From positions 14,070-78,069 of the forward strand of contig JAVJSW010000059.1 of the NCBI GenBank assembly GCA_040219255.1: a stretch of DNA of 64,000 bases, read 5' to 3'. Within the stretch, counting starts at the first letter, position 1. Every line of letters starts with the position of its first letter. This DNA is from Sumerlaeia bacterium (GTDB lineage: Bacteria > Sumerlaeota > Sumerlaeia > SLMS01 > JAHLLQ01). Both the position numbers and the translations under genes were made by a program. Positions 62,939 through 64,000 of this stretch are shown in pieces. The notes beneath the pieces are model-generated. The model did not search any database. It saw only the letters and a program-made list of their open reading frames with translations, and was not told the origin of the DNA.

Positions 62939-63003
62939 TGTTCGAAATCTCCCAGAGTGTCAGTCGTTGGGTCTTTGGATCGGAAACGGAGGAAAAGCCG
63001 CGC

Positions 63004-63342
63004 TCAAGCGCTCGCTTCGATCTCCTCGCCGTCCTTGAAAAAGCCCGTGATGCGCAGTTCGGTGAACGACTGGCGATGGCCCTGCTTCTTCGCGAAGCCC
63101 TTGCGGCGGCGGAACTTGTAGACGATGACTTTCTTGCCACGGCCCTCGCGCAGCACCTGCGCGCGGACGGTCACGCCGCTCAGACGGGGCGAGCCAAGCT
63201 CCACACCGTCCTTGCCGCTTATCAGCAAAACTTCTTCGAGATCGATCGTGTCGCCCTTTTCGGCGCTGATCTTCTCGACTTGAATGGTATCGCCGGGAGT
63301 CACGCGATACTGATGAGTCCCTTGGCGGAGAACTGCGTACAT
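63004..63342 (-). CDS. rplU: 50S ribosomal protein L21
   Basis: MYAVLRQGTHQYRV and KVIVYKFRRRKG..KKQGHRQ. Confidence 0.98.
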   Translation of the reverse strand: MYAVLRQGTHQYRVTPGDTIQVEKISAEKGDTIDLEEVLLISGKDGVELGSPRLSGVTVRAQVLREGRGKKVIVYKFRRRKGFAKKQGHRQSFTELRITGFFKDGEEIEASA

Positions 63343-63565
63343 GATGGTCGGTTCCTTGACGCGAGAGAACAGGAGCGTCTCGCGAGCTTGCGATTTCCTG
63401 ACAGCGATACCGGTTCGAGAGGGACAACAAAACGCGCACGCGTCCCTCAGGCAGCGCGAAAGGCTGGGTTTTGTAGGGGAGCGGAGGGCCCCTTGTCAAG
63501 GGGGAGAAGGCGCAGGCAGGGTCTTTTAATTTCCAGCCGCCGCGCCGCCCGCTCCTTCCGCCCCC

Positions 63566-63808
63566 TCACATCCGCCCCCGCAACGCCAGATAGGCGATGG
63601 CCCCGATGCAGGGGAAGAAAAACACGATGGCAATCCACAGCAGCTTATACCCGCCACTGCGGTCCGACTTCGCCACGTCGATCATCACGTACACGAACAG
63701 CGCGATCTGAATCACCGCCACCAAAATAGCGATCACGATCACGGCCCAGCTCGGCGCCGTCGCCACGTCCACGGTTTCCTGGGCCAGCAGGTAGAGCAAA
63801 GAATTCAT
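63566..63808 (-). CDS. Small PLDc_N-domain membrane protein
   Basis: IDVAKS...KLLWIAIVFFFPCIGAIAYL; GAGGAG RBS. Confidence 0.8.
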   Translation of the reverse strand: MNSLLYLLAQETVDVATAPSWAVIVIAILVAVIQIALFVYVMIDVAKSDRSGGYKLLWIAIVFFFPCIGAIAYLALRGRM

Positions 63809-64000
63809 CGGCTCTGTCTCCTCGGGTTGATGGCTGAAGAGCTAGCCCAACTTCGACATCAATCACCATTTTCCGAGGTTTGGACCGGACGCTTCGGTTT
63901 GATTCTCCCTGTTTGCAGGGTTTTTCAGTTTCAAAACCCCTTGTAGTGGCGACCACCCCCTTGCGGATGGGTGGGGTTGTGTGCGAGAGAATCGGGCGAT

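Noticed and set aside
63345-63465. Structured leader upstream of rplU
   Set aside because: Two hairpins (GAGGGAC/GTCCCTC and CGCGAGA/TCTCGCG) are present, but this is expected by chance at this GC content and I cannot match them to a known L21 leader.
1-64000. CRISPR array, prophage, integron, retron/DGR, tRNA or rRNA
   Set aside because: No repeat-spacer array, integrase, transposase, reverse transcriptase, phage structural gene or tRNA cloverleaf was seen.

Overview
GC-rich bacterial chromosomal window with about 53 protein genes and no tRNA, rRNA, CRISPR array, integrase or transposase that I could see. The A|FTLIELLIVVAIIAILAAIAVPNFLEAQ pilin-like protein and the secreted proteins with Trp-containing tails or dockerin domains suggest Candidatus Sumerlaeota (BRC1) or a relative; this is an inference from memory of the lineage. 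Housekeeping genes: psd-pssA-rsmB, ileS, asnS, uvrD/pcrA, purine nucleoside phosphorylase, rplU-rpmA, gabT, a GH57 enzyme, suhB- and cysQ-like phosphatases and a cyclophilin. Envelope and secretion genes: exeA/exeB, a pilin-like protein, a TPR membrane protein with a Ser/Thr kinase, and three zinc peptidases. Most notable: (1) an unannotated minus-strand unit of about 200 nt between suhB and exeA, made of a sigma-54-type promoter, a multi-stem RNA and its own terminator; (2) a FecR-type domain fused to a GspG pseudopilin head, plus a kinase with tandem STN-like domains; (3) a full-length dihydropyrimidinase homologue that appears to have lost all its metal ligands; (4) a family of inverted-repeat elements with 9-nt periodicity that supply gene ends; (5) a candidate orphan toxin-immunity pair; (6) a shared C-terminal Trp motif on unrelated secreted proteins. 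A cobalamin riboswitch at the left edge controls a gene outside the window. All family calls come from reading motifs by eye; no database searches were run.
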